Of a stretch of DNA of 64,000 nucleotides, positions 1 through 10,200 are shown in pieces. Origin of the DNA: a virus. The stretch lies in IMG/VR virus record IMGVR_UViG_3300036398_004744, positions 2,574-66,573 of that record; one strand, written 5' to 3'. Within the stretch, counting starts at the first letter, position 1. Each line of letters opens with the position of its first letter. Made by a program: the position numbers and the translations under genes. Under the pieces are notes generated by a model, which saw nothing but the letters and a program-made list of their open reading frames with translations, was not told the origin of the DNA and made no database searches.

Positions 1-2
1 TT

Positions 3-347
3 TTCTGTGCAGGCAATGGTATCTGGGAACAACGCAACACCACGAACGCCCAGACTTTCCGCATCTACAACACCTTCACCAGCGCCACCAACTTTGAGCG
101 CCTCAATCTCCGCTGGGCCAGCAACGAGCTAATCATCGACGCCGAAGCAGGAAGCGGCGGCGGCACCCTGCGCGGCATCAAGATCGGCAGCGCGACCTCC
201 TCGCTGCTTGGATTCTACGGCGCAACGCCCGTCGATCAACCCGCCACCGTAGCCGACCCCGCAGGCGGCGGCACTATCGACACCGAAGCCCGCACCGCAG
301 TCAACGACATCATCGACCGCCTCCAAGAACTCGGCCTCATCGCGTAA
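3..347 (+). CDS. C-terminal part of a fibre/decoration-type virion protein (5' truncated)
   Basis: Open frame from position 3 to TAA at 345-347, ending ...GGGTIDTEARTAVNDIIDRLQELGLIA, a C-terminus typical of phage fibre proteins. Confidence 0.7.
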   Translation, partial: FCAGNGIWEQRNTTNAQTFRIYNTFTSATNFERLNLRWASNELIIDAEAGSGGGTLRGIKIGSATSSLLGFYGATPVDQPATVADPAGGGTIDTEARTAVNDIIDRLQELGLIA

Positions 348-353
348 AACTTT

Positions 354-662
354 ATGTTAACCAACCCAACACCCATAACCGTCGAACCCATCCCTGCGAA
401 GGTGTTCGATAAACTCCATGTCTATACGCTCTCGGCCATCCAGCCGACAGCAGACAGCGGATCAATAACCGTCGAGTTGCTCCCCGCAACCGCAGACGGC
501 GAACTCGCCAACGGTAGCCTCGTCCAAAAGATGACCGCGCCGTTGAGTCCCGAAATCATGGCAGCGGTTCCCGAACTCGCCGCCGCTTTTGCCGCAGTCC
601 TCGCCGCGATTCCCGCGACCCAAGCGTATCTGGCCAGCCAACAGGAGCAGCCCAATGAATAA
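354..662 (+). CDS. hypothetical protein (possible fibre-associated chaperone)
   Basis: 102-aa ORF starting 6 nt after the upstream stop codon. Confidence 0.65.
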   Translation: MLTNPTPITVEPIPAKVFDKLHVYTLSAIQPTADSGSITVELLPATADGELANGSLVQKMTAPLSPEIMAAVPELAAAFAAVLAAIPATQAYLASQQEQPNE

Positions 663-822
663 GACCGTCACACTCACCGAGGCGGAGGCCAAGATCGTCA
701 TGCAGTGCCTCGACATTGCGACCAAAGCGGGCGGCTTGAACGCAGCAGCGGGCATCCTGCCGGTGGCGATGAGTATCGAAAAACAACTCACCCAACAACC
801 AACAGAGGAGAAACAACAATGA
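655..822 (+). CDS. small hypothetical protein (MNKTVTLTEAEAK...)
   Basis: ATG at 655 overlaps the end of the upstream gene, consistent with translational coupling. Confidence 0.6.
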   Translation: MNKTVTLTEAEAKIVMQCLDIATKAGGLNAAAGILPVAMSIEKQLTQQPTEEKQQ

Positions 823-995
823 ACATCAACGACATCATCCAGACCCTGACCCGGCTCAATTGGCTCGAGGTCATCGTGGCCCTCAACGGCCTCATCGTGG
901 CCCTGATCGCGATCTTTGCGCTCATTCCGGGAGAACAGCCTGAGAAGACGCTGCGGGCGATCGCGGCCTTCGTCGGCCGCTTCTCGCGCAAATGA
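819..995 (+). CDS. putative holin
   Basis: 58 aa with a hydrophobic segment (LEVIVALNGLIVALIAIFALI) and a basic C-terminus; GAGGAG Shine-Dalgarno; upstream of the endolysin. Confidence 0.6.
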   Translation: MNINDIIQTLTRLNWLEVIVALNGLIVALIAIFALIPGEQPEKTLRAIAAFVGRFSRK

Positions 996-1153
996 AGACG
1001 GCGCTCGTGGTCATCATCCTGGCCTTCATCGTGGCAGCCCTGCTCTCGGGCTGCGTGACCCCGAAGATCGGATTCGGCTATGACTTTCTCAACCAGAGAG
1101 TCACCGTCTCGGTCGAGCCCGGCGGCAAGCAGGTCGTGAAGCCCGAGCGATGA
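992..1153 (+). CDS. small lipoprotein, possible spanin component (not in ORF track)
   Basis: MKTALVVIILAFIVAALLSGCVTPKIGFGYDF... has a signal peptide with lipobox LSGC; ATGA overlaps on both sides; lies between holin and endolysin. Confidence 0.7.
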   Translation: MKTALVVIILAFIVAALLSGCVTPKIGFGYDFLNQRVTVSVEPGGKQVVKPER

Positions 1154-1731
1154 AAAAGACGCAGATCCAGATCCTCCAGGAGTCGGTCGGGGTCGAACCC
1201 GACGGCTTCTGGGGACCGAAGTCCATCCTGGCCTGCCAGCGCCATCTTCGGGCCCTCATGCCGAGGCCGAATCCGTGGCCGAGGCAGGATCAGAAGAGTC
1301 TCACGGCGTTCTACGGCCCGGCGGGCTCGGTCTCGACCGCCCGGATCTCGGTTCCCTACAGGATGTTTCTCTACAACGGGCCGGAGACCATCCGGACGCT
1401 GGCAGTCCACGAGAGGCTCGCCCCCAGTCTTTCTCGAATTCTCAACGAGCTCGGGAAGCGCTACAAGACCGACGAGGCCAGGACCGAGGCCGGGGTCAAC
1501 CGCTACTTTGGGATCTATGCCAACCGCAACATGCGAGGCGGAACCCTCCCGAGTCTGCATGCCCGGGCCGCCGCGATTGATCTCGACGCGAGCCGGAATG
1601 GCCTCCACGCGCACTGGCCGACCAGGGCCCACATGCCGCTCGACGTGATGGAGATCTTTGCCCGTGAGGGCTGGCTCTCCGCGGGAGCCTTCTGGTCGAG
1701 AGACGCGATGCACTTTCAGGCGACACAATAG
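1150..1731 (+). CDS. endolysin, M15-family peptidase with a short N-terminal peptidoglycan-binding segment
   Basis: N-terminal Q..VGV.PDG.WGP.S motif; R...SLH...AID and D.MHFQ zinc motifs of M15 peptidases. Confidence 0.85.
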   Translation: MKKTQIQILQESVGVEPDGFWGPKSILACQRHLRALMPRPNPWPRQDQKSLTAFYGPAGSVSTARISVPYRMFLYNGPETIRTLAVHERLAPSLSRILNELGKRYKTDEARTEAGVNRYFGIYANRNMRGGTLPSLHARAAAIDLDASRNGLHAHWPTRAHMPLDVMEIFAREGWLSAGAFWSRDAMHFQATQ

Positions 1732-1743
1732 GAGGAAACATCC

Positions 1744-2754
1744 ATGAAAAAAGAAACCACCGACACCAACTGGGGCAAGGTCGCGCAGGCGGCCCACGCC
1801 GCCGACCACCAGACCAGACTGGCCGAGACCCAGGCCCAGCTCGAGGCCGAACGGAAGGCCCACGCCGAGACGGTCAAGACGCTAGAACGTGCCCGCACGG
1901 CCGGGAAGAAAGCCGTCCAGGTGCCGAGGCCCTCGAGCCCCAGGGCCGGCAAGGGCGACATCGTCGAGGTCATCTTCTCCGACGTGCACGGCAACCAGGT
2001 CGACCCCGCGGCCTTCTCGGCGCTGCTCGGTGATCTCAAGATCCTGCGCCCCGACCGGATCTTCATCGGGGGCGACTTCATCAACTGCGGCGGATTCCTG
2101 GCCGAGCACCACGTCCTGGGCTACGTGTCCGAGGCCGACGACAGCTACGAGGACGACATGGCAGTCGCCAACGGGCTGCTCGACGCGATCATGGAGTCAA
2201 GCTCCTGCCCGGACATCCACTACCTCGAGGGCAACCATGAGTGGCGCGTCGAGCGCTGGGCCCTCACGCAGCGACTCGCCCACCACAAGGACGTCGAGCT
2301 GCTGCGCAAGACCTTCTGCGCCGAGCACGTCCTGCGCCTCAGGGAGCGCGGCATCCGCTACTACCGGCAGGGCCACCTCCACGAGGGCTGCGACACGCCG
2401 GGCTGGGTGAAGCTCGACAAGATGTTCTACGTGCACAAGATCAGCAACTCGAAGGACGCGGCCGATGTGGCCCTGGCCAAGGCCGGCGGCAACATCTGCT
2501 ACTTCGACACCCACCGGGCGAGCTTCAAGCCCAAGCACATTCCCGGCATCGGCCTGGTCAGCGCCTGGAATCCGGGCTGTCTGTGCAAGCGCCAGCCTCT
2601 CTACGCCAACACCCGGCCGACCGAGTGGACCCACGGCTACCTGGTCCGCTTCATCTCCCGGGCCACGGGCAACTTCAGCATGTTCAACGTCACCATCAAC
2701 GCCGGAGAGAGCTATGCCGGCATGCTACTGAAAGGAAACCGCACAGATGCCTAA
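1744..2754 (+). CDS. calcineurin-like metallophosphoesterase with N-terminal coiled coil
   Basis: SDVH, GGDF and EGNHE motifs; AGGAGG Shine-Dalgarno. Confidence 0.85.
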   Translation: MKKETTDTNWGKVAQAAHAADHQTRLAETQAQLEAERKAHAETVKTLERARTAGKKAVQVPRPSSPRAGKGDIVEVIFSDVHGNQVDPAAFSALLGDLKILRPDRIFIGGDFINCGGFLAEHHVLGYVSEADDSYEDDMAVANGLLDAIMESSSCPDIHYLEGNHEWRVERWALTQRLAHHKDVELLRKTFCAEHVLRLRERGIRYYRQGHLHEGCDTPGWVKLDKMFYVHKISNSKDAADVALAKAGGNICYFDTHRASFKPKHIPGIGLVSAWNPGCLCKRQPLYANTRPTEWTHGYLVRFISRATGNFSMFNVTINAGESYAGMLLKGNRTDA

Positions 2755-3193
2755 CTGGAAATCCATACTGGAAAAACAAAACGCCGCGGCCTATGCATGG
2801 CCGAGGGGCTGGTCGAGCCGCGACGACGTGGCCGAACAGCTCGAGTGCAGTCCCGAGAGAGTGGCCTCGCTTCTCGCCCCCGGCATCCGTGCCGGCACGG
2901 TCGAGCGCCAGGACTTCACGGTCTGGGACAACAAGCTCAAGCGCCTGGTCCGGATCACCGGCTACCGGGAGCTCGGCAAGAACGAGACGCCGGTCGCGGC
3001 AGATCTCAAAAAATCTGACGAGCCCACGCCCGCAAGAGAGCCGATGGAGGGCTCCCGGGTGCGCCGACGCCGCGGCTCCGGGAAGGTTGGAATTCTGTCG
3101 AAGGATGGAAAGCGCTGGAAGATCACGTGGCCCCACTGCAAGCCGACGTATCCCTCAGGCAAGGCATTCGGGAGGGATCTCGACATCCTGTGA
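2747..3193 (+). CDS. hypothetical protein (possible N-terminal helix-turn-helix)
   Basis: Coupled ORF; SRDDVAEQLECSPERVASLL resembles an HTH. Confidence 0.6.
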   Translation: MPNWKSILEKQNAAAYAWPRGWSSRDDVAEQLECSPERVASLLAPGIRAGTVERQDFTVWDNKLKRLVRITGYRELGKNETPVAADLKKSDEPTPAREPMEGSRVRRRRGSGKVGILSKDGKRWKITWPHCKPTYPSGKAFGRDLDIL

Positions 3194-3196
3194 GCC

Positions 3197-3631
3197 ATGA
3201 CGCGGCTCGTCGCCAGGCCAGACTCGTGCCCGGAGTGGATCCGGGACACGATCCTGCGTCTTGACCAGCTGTGCTTTCCTGCCGACTGGCGCGTCCGCGT
3301 CGAGGGCTGCTACTGGTGGATCGAGGAACAGGACCGGACGCCTGTCGCCTATGCCGCTCTGCGTCCCTGCACGGCCAGGCACAACGCCGGACTGGGATTT
3401 CTATCGAGGGTCGGAGTCCTGCGAGACTGGCGAGGCCAGGGACGGCAGAAGGAACTCATCCGGAGACGCGTCGCCCAGGCTCGCCGAGTCGGACTGAAAG
3501 AACTCGTGACCTACGTGGTTCCATCAAATCTTGCGAGCGCGAATTCGCTCATTTCCTGCGGCTTCCGGCTGTATTCTCCCCACCACGTCTGGGGAGGCAG
3601 GAGTGCCCTCTATTTCCGAAAGATTCTTTGA
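3197..3631 (+). CDS. GNAT-family acetyltransferase
   Basis: V....RGQG motif A and N..S...L..CGF motif B. Confidence 0.85.
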   Translation: MTRLVARPDSCPEWIRDTILRLDQLCFPADWRVRVEGCYWWIEEQDRTPVAYAALRPCTARHNAGLGFLSRVGVLRDWRGQGRQKELIRRRVAQARRVGLKELVTYVVPSNLASANSLISCGFRLYSPHHVWGGRSALYFRKIL

Positions 3632-3700
3632 CTTCTGCGCGGCAATCTGTGATGTCAGAATGTTCCATCGAGAGATAACTTTGCACAACGAGTCACGATC

Positions 3701-4027
3701 ATGATCAATCTTGGAAAATCTTCAGAATCCGCCGGCATGATCGAGATGGTCTCCGCGATGCCGGATGAAAAAATGACCTATCCGTCTCTCTACATCTCTG
3801 GAAGAGAGGGAATCGACGACGCGCCCGATGTCGGGACCGAGGGCGAGGCCACGATCCGCTTCAGGATCGTCTCAAAGACCGACTCTGAGGGCCCGAATGG
3901 AAAGACCTCATCGCTTGATCTCGAGGTCATGGGAATTGAATTTGGAGAGGTCTCCGAGGACGGCGAGGATGAGATCGAGAAGGGTCTCCGCGAGTCCGAA
4001 GAAGAAACCGAGGACGAGGAGGAATGA
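3701..4027 (+). CDS. acidic hypothetical protein
   Basis: 108-aa ORF with an acidic tail, at the start of the tail gene block. Confidence 0.65.
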   Translation: MINLGKSSESAGMIEMVSAMPDEKMTYPSLYISGREGIDDAPDVGTEGEATIRFRIVSKTDSEGPNGKTSSLDLEVMGIEFGEVSEDGEDEIEKGLRESEEETEDEEE

Positions 4028-4302
4028 CCATGGATGGAATGACCAACACAATGGCCGAGGAGCCAGAACCGCAGATTCAGCTGACGCTGCCGAGATCAAC
4101 GTTTGACCTTGCCAAGGGATTCCTGGCCGGCATGAACCAGGCGATTGGGGCGGCCGAGGCAAAACTCAAGGCCGACGAGAAGGCAATGAAGGCCACCGCG
4201 ACGATGGATGAGGTCATGGCCACGGGTGCCGATCTTGCCGGATTCGGCGACGAACTTTCTGCAATGTCCAACAGCCGTCTCGGCATCTCGCCAGTGGCAT
4301 GA
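4024..4302 (+). CDS. hypothetical protein
   Basis: ATGA overlap with the upstream gene. Confidence 0.6.
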   Translation: MTMDGMTNTMAEEPEPQIQLTLPRSTFDLAKGFLAGMNQAIGAAEAKLKADEKAMKATATMDEVMATGADLAGFGDELSAMSNSRLGISPVA

Positions 4303-4308
4303 TCTGGC

Positions 4309-7284
4309 ATGTTCGTCTCGGAGATCATTGATCAGGTGATCGAGGTTCTCGGTCGATGCGATCGGCAGAAGGCCCTTCGCCGCATCTCCGAGGCAGTTCG
4401 AGCCCTCCAGGACGAGGGCGACTGGGCCGCGAACATCGGGGCCCTGGACATCATGACCCTCTCTGACGGTCAGACCGTCACTCTTCCCCGCGAGGTGGAG
4501 ACTCCGCTGGCAGTTGCCGTCAATGGCATCCCGGCCTTCATGCGAGACGAATTTTTTCGCTTCCATCTCAATGGCGACGGCCTGACAGACGACCACGTCG
4601 TCCCGTGGGCATGGGACGACTCTGGGACCGTGCCCTCCTTCATGGACATCGGGACTCCCGGTCCCCTGATCGCCCGCTGCGACTCGGAGGCCGACATCGG
4701 CGTCGTCGTGCGTGTCCTTGGGACAGACGCGAATGGCCGAGAACTTCGTCAGCAGCTCGAGAATGGCGACTGGATCGACGGGACCGAGACTTTTGCAGTC
4801 AACGTCGCGGGAGCTCCCACGGCCGCCCCGACCTCTGTCCCGTTTCTTCGCCTCTTCGAGACCACGCCGACTGGTCTGCTGGTCTCCGGGACGGCCCACG
4901 GTCTCGCCACGGCCGCCCAGATGCAGGTGCAGCTCGCCTCCGGGTCGATTCCTCAGCCCCTGATCAACGGGGCATTCTATTTCATTCGAGTCATCGACTC
5001 GACCCGCGTCCTGCTGTATGCCACGCGACTCGACGCCCAGACAAGCCAGAGACCGATTCTGTTTTCGACTGTCGATCCCACGGCCGCGATCACGCTACGA
5101 GAGACTCGGGCCGTCCGGACCAGAACCTGCTTCGTGACCTCAGGAGCCAACCTCATCTCGGAGGGAGATCTCGTGGCCTTCACCGGATCACCGCTTCCTC
5201 TGCCGTTTGAGGCCTCTCGGACCTATGCCGCGTCTCCCGTCGCCACAGACCGCTTCATTGTTTATGGCGACGACAATGACCGCGAGAATGCCACGAATCC
5301 GGTCAATGCCACGACGCCCGGAACGTCTGTCGAGGCGCGCATTCTCAAGCCGATGTATCCGCTGACCCAGCTGGCATTCACGCTGGAGCACAACTTTGTC
5401 ACGGGAGACCAGGTGACGGCCGCAAATTCCGGAGGAGAACTTCCACAGCCCCTGATTGCCAACACGCCATACTTTGTCAGGGCCCTGAGCGCGACGACAG
5501 TGTCGCTCCACTCCACGTCGGCCGACTCGTCCACGGGAGCCAGCCCGATCGCGCTGACGTCTCTCGGAGTCGGCACCAATTCTCTCGTGAAGCTCATCGC
5601 GGCGACTGTTGCCGGCGGCGGGAGCAGCACCGTGACGACCGCGAGCCCGCACAACCTGAGTGCCCCCAGCGGGGCGGGCGCGACTGCCACGGCCGTGCTC
5701 TCGAGTCAGACGGTCGTGGCCATCTCGGTCGGGGCCGGTGGGAGCGCCTACAACGTCTCACCAAAGGTCACCATCTCGGGAGGCGGGGGCACCGGCGCAA
5801 CGGCCGAGGCAATCGTCGCGGGCGGGGCCGTCGTGTCGATTCGCGTCATCACCGGAGGAACTGGCTACACCTCGGTGCCGACGGTGACTTTCACGTCGCA
5901 GGGCGGGAGCCTGGTTCGCTTCACGACCAACGGGACACTTCCAGATCCCATCAAGGCCGAGACGGTCTATCGCGGCGAGGCCCCGCTGACCGCGACGACA
6001 TTCTCGCTCAACGACACGATCCCGAACCCGGTCGCGATCAGCTCTGGCGGCGCTGGACAGCTCTATGTGGTCATCTCGAGATCATTCTCGGTGGGATTTC
6101 TTCCGCAGTGGTCGGTCGACGCGACGGCCCTCTCGACGGGCGATGCCGTCCGATTCTACACGCCCGGAATTCTGCCGGGAACTGCTCCGTCGCAGGTCGA
6201 CCAGTCGACTCTCTACTATGTCCGCAAGATCAGCAACTCGCTCGTTGAGATCTATGACTCGGCCGTCAACGCAAACGCGGCTCCTCCCACGGTGACAGGA
6301 AGATTCTCAGCCACGACCGCCGGCGCCGAGACGCTGTATCTCTCGAGGGCAAGATCAGTGACCGTGTCGCCCCGAGACAACAGCCTCGATGTCGATTTCA
6401 CGGCGTTTCTCGAGAACCTCACGATCGTTCGCTTCACGACCACCGGGACACTGCCTGCTCCCCTTGCAACCGCGACAGACTACCGGGCCAACGTGGTGGG
6501 AGACACCATCGAGGTCTACACGACAGGAAACGTCCTGATTCCGCTAACGACCGTGGGATCTGGAACTCATGAGATGTTGATCTCTCGCTCAATGACGGCC
6601 CCGGCCGCGACGTCGCTCGACATTCCAGACCATGGATTTGCCACGGGAACCGCTCTCACGGCGGTGACGAGTTCGGCGCTTCCGTCGCCACTTCTCCCAT
6701 CGACCACCTACTATTTCAGGTCCATCGACGACGATCAGGTTGAGCTGTATCCGTCACAGGCGCAGGCAAATGCCGCTCCCGCGACGGCCGGGCGCATCAC
6801 CTTTCTGTCGTCTGGAACCGGGACCCAGCGAGTCGTTGTTTCTCGCGCCCCGGTATCTGTCAGGACCGTCTCTTCCATCGAGAAGCCGGTGACCGACGGA
6901 TACATCCGACTCTATGCCTGGGACACGTCGAGAACTGGAAACATTGCGCTCCTCGGAGACATCCATCCCACCGAGACGGTCCCCGCATACCGCCGCATCA
7001 GGGTCAGCAAGTCGGCCACGTCTGTCCGCCTCAAGTATCGCCGCCGCGCCTTCGACGTGCTGACCGAGAGAGACTTCATCAATCTGGATTCTCGCATGGC
7101 GATCCTAATGATGGTCCAGTCGCAGGAACTGCTCTTCAAGAAGTTCATCGCCGAGTCGGAGCAGTATCGCCTGATCGCGGTGGAATACCTCAACAAGAGA
7201 AACCGGGCGCTCGACGGACCGCGTGCCCCAACATTCCAGATCAACGCCGACGTGACGACCAGGCCAGACGACTGGATGGACTAG
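4309..7284 (+). CDS. tail adaptor (tubular protein A-like) with a long insert of tandem beta-rich repeats
   Basis: Helical N- and C-termini flank about seven repeats of H....GD.V.F...G.LP.PL...T.Y.V; lies directly upstream of the nozzle-like gene. Confidence 0.6.
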   Translation: MFVSEIIDQVIEVLGRCDRQKALRRISEAVRALQDEGDWAANIGALDIMTLSDGQTVTLPREVETPLAVAVNGIPAFMRDEFFRFHLNGDGLTDDHVVPWAWDDSGTVPSFMDIGTPGPLIARCDSEADIGVVVRVLGTDANGRELRQQLENGDWIDGTETFAVNVAGAPTAAPTSVPFLRLFETTPTGLLVSGTAHGLATAAQMQVQLASGSIPQPLINGAFYFIRVIDSTRVLLYATRLDAQTSQRPILFSTVDPTAAITLRETRAVRTRTCFVTSGANLISEGDLVAFTGSPLPLPFEASRTYAASPVATDRFIVYGDDNDRENATNPVNATTPGTSVEARILKPMYPLTQLAFTLEHNFVTGDQVTAANSGGELPQPLIANTPYFVRALSATTVSLHSTSADSSTGASPIALTSLGVGTNSLVKLIAATVAGGGSSTVTTASPHNLSAPSGAGATATAVLSSQTVVAISVGAGGSAYNVSPKVTISGGGGTGATAEAIVAGGAVVSIRVITGGTGYTSVPTVTFTSQGGSLVRFTTNGTLPDPIKAETVYRGEAPLTATTFSLNDTIPNPVAISSGGAGQLYVVISRSFSVGFLPQWSVDATALSTGDAVRFYTPGILPGTAPSQVDQSTLYYVRKISNSLVEIYDSAVNANAAPPTVTGRFSATTAGAETLYLSRARSVTVSPRDNSLDVDFTAFLENLTIVRFTTTGTLPAPLATATDYRANVVGDTIEVYTTGNVLIPLTTVGSGTHEMLISRSMTAPAATSLDIPDHGFATGTALTAVTSSALPSPLLPSTTYYFRSIDDDQVELYPSQAQANAAPATAGRITFLSSGTGTQRVVVSRAPVSVRTVSSIEKPVTDGYIRLYAWDTSRTGNIALLGDIHPTETVPAYRRIRVSKSATSVRLKYRRRAFDVLTERDFINLDSRMAILMMVQSQELLFKKFIAESEQYRLIAVEYLNKRNRALDGPRAPTFQINADVTTRPDDWMD

Positions 7285-7287
7285 GCC

Positions 7288-10200
7288 ATGCAATCTCCCG
7301 CGATAACCCAGGGACGGCTCGTGAGTGTTGACGCCGGATGGATGTCGGGAATGAACTCTGTCCGGCATCCGTGGTTTCTTCGGCAGGATCAGTATCGGCG
7401 CGGGGTCAACGTCGTCAACCGCGGCGGCGTGATTCAGACGAGACCCGGATTTCGCATGCGGCTCACGCTGCCCGAGGGAAACCTGCAGGGAATGGCCCAT
7501 TTTCAGATCACCAAGAACGGACGCCGCGACGATCATCTCGTCTTTGCCGTCGACGGCAAGATCTATTTTGCGCCGTTTCCTCTTGAACAGCCGAGATTCT
7601 GGGAAGAATTTCGTCTGAAGAATCTGCAGTTTTCTGCAGACGTGGACATGATCCATTTTGCGGTCGCCGAGAAGACCGTCACCACCGCGCCCGACCAGAC
7701 GCTGCAGATCGTGCCGTCGCATAATGTGCTGATGATCCAGGACGGCGTGACCCCGGCCGCATACTGGGACGGAGAAGAATCGCGGCACCTCGTCGAGGCG
7801 GCCCCGAGTCTCGAGACCCCGACCGGGACCTGGATGACCTTCTCTGGGGGACGTCTCTGGGTCGCGCGCGGCAATGTTCTTCTGGCGTCTGATCTGTTTG
7901 ATCCGATCAAGTTCACCGAGCGAGTCGAGGGCGAGGGCCGAGGCGATTTTTCTTTCCCGAAGCAGATCACCGGAGTCACAAGCTTCATCGGAGACGAGCG
8001 TGTCGAGGTCGTCGTGGTGTTCACTGATGAGCGCAGCGAGATCGTGCTCTCTGGCATTCGAGATCGCGCCCAGTGGGCCACGACCCAGGGAATGCAGTCA
8101 ATCCTGTTCCCGAGCACCGGATGCGTCGCGGGACGAAGCGTTGTGTTCCAGGCGGGTCTCATGTGGTGGTATAGCTCTGGAGGACTCGTGGCCTCTGACG
8201 CGGCGGCCTCGAGCAACCTGACGAGCCAGATCAACTATCGAGACGCCGAGATGGCCTTCAGCAAGCAGTTTCTCAACGATGACTCGTCGATGATCTGCGG
8301 TCTCAGCTTTGAGAACTACCTTCTCATGTCGATGCCGATCGGGCAGAATCTCAACTCTGAGACGTTCGTGCTCGACTATTCTCCCCTGAGCGAATTTTCT
8401 TCTGAAAAAATCCCGGCGTGGTCTGGAGTGTGGACGGGGATCCGCCCGATCCAGTGGGCATCTCCCGTGATCAATGGAAAGCGGCGCGCCTTCGCGGCCT
8501 CGGTCGACTACCGGGCTCTGTCTGACGGAAGCCACAACCATGTCTGGGAGGCGTTCATGCCCGAGAGAGAAGACACCTTTTTTGAACTGGGCAGCGACTT
8601 CACGAGGATCGACTTCACAAGGCCAATCTTCTGCGAGTTTGAGACCCGCCTCATGGGAGACGGCCACGATCTCAAGTCCTTCCAGTATGCAGACATCAAT
8701 CTGATGGAGATCGCCGGAGACGCGTATGTCACGGCAGACTACCGCGGAATTCGCGGTGCCTACAAGCCAGTTCTCTGCAAGCGCATCATTGCCCCGATCA
8801 CGGCCGCCTCGGCGGGAGCCGACATTCCGCCTTCCGAGCTTGATGTTCTCGATGGACTCAAGAAACAGAGTCGACGGGTCACGACAGAGAATGCCCTGCC
8901 GACCGACGGCTGCCCGACCTGCGAGTCCGAGTATTCTGAAAACATCGACAAGGCCTTCAGCATTCTTGTCCGGTGGTGCGGCCAGATGGCCGTCGAGTCG
9001 ATTCGTCTCTTCATGGAACCGTGGGCCGAGCGGGCAGAGGGCCGCTGTGAGGAGGACGAGACCAGGGTCTGTCTCGTCGGAGAGGACGGCAGGAACCACA
9101 TCTACAGTCGCGAGGAGGGATTCGTGCCTCTCGAGGATCTCTATGAGGTCGGCGGCAACGCGTGGGCCTCGACGAGGTCCTCGACCGTCACCCTGACCTG
9201 TCCGGCGGGGTCTGTCACGACCGGACCGCTCACGGTCACGGCCACATCGACATATCGCTCGCGAATCTCTCAGGCAGATGCCGATGTCCAGGCTCTCGCG
9301 TCTGCCCAGACGGCCGCCCAGGCGCAGGCCGATTATCTCAGGACAATCTATCCGTGCTACTATGACTCGGTGCAGTCCGTGACCCGCCACTGTTATTCTG
9401 AACTCAACGATGATGCCCTGGCAATGACGAGACTGTCTGATGGCCGCGTCATCCTTGGGGGTCAGTTCTGGAGAGACAACACGACCAACCAGGGCAAGAT
9501 CACCGAGAGAACTTCCGGCGGCATCAGGAGCCTGACCTTCACGCAGGGAGACGGCTTTGTGTCGAACTTTGGAGCCGAGCCGAGTTCCGAGCAGATCAAC
9601 GTCCTGCTCAATGACAGCAACGGCATCTACGCCCTCGGAGAATTCAGCGAATACAACAACGTCGCGAGGACCAGGATCGCCCGACTGACATCCTCCGGGG
9701 CGCTCGACACGACCGTGACATTTGGAACCGGATTCAACACGGCACCGACTGCCGCGTGCATTCTTCCGTCGGCACTCACCGAGGTTTCGACTGTCCAGGT
9801 CGCAACGGCGTCTGGCAGTGGTGGCAAGTATTTTGATCTTGGAGATGCCAATGGTCCAGTCCGCGTCTGGATGGACAACAACAATACCTCAACTCCTCCA
9901 GCAGCTCCGTCGGGTGGCCGTCTGCTTGAGGTAGACATGTCGGCCGGTCTTCCGGAGATCACCCGAGTCACCACCCTTGCCGACGTGGCCGGATCTCTTG
10001 ATGAGGCATATTTTGTGCTGCATGACGCGGCCGCGACAACCGTGGCGGTCTGGTTCGCGCACTCCGGAGGATCCACGGCCCCCACGGGATACACAAGAAA
10101 CCTGAAGGTCGACATCAACAACAATGACTCGGCCAACACGGTCGCGACCAAGCTCAGAAACGCGGTCGACGCGGATGCCCAGTTCTCGGCGGCCGTGAGC

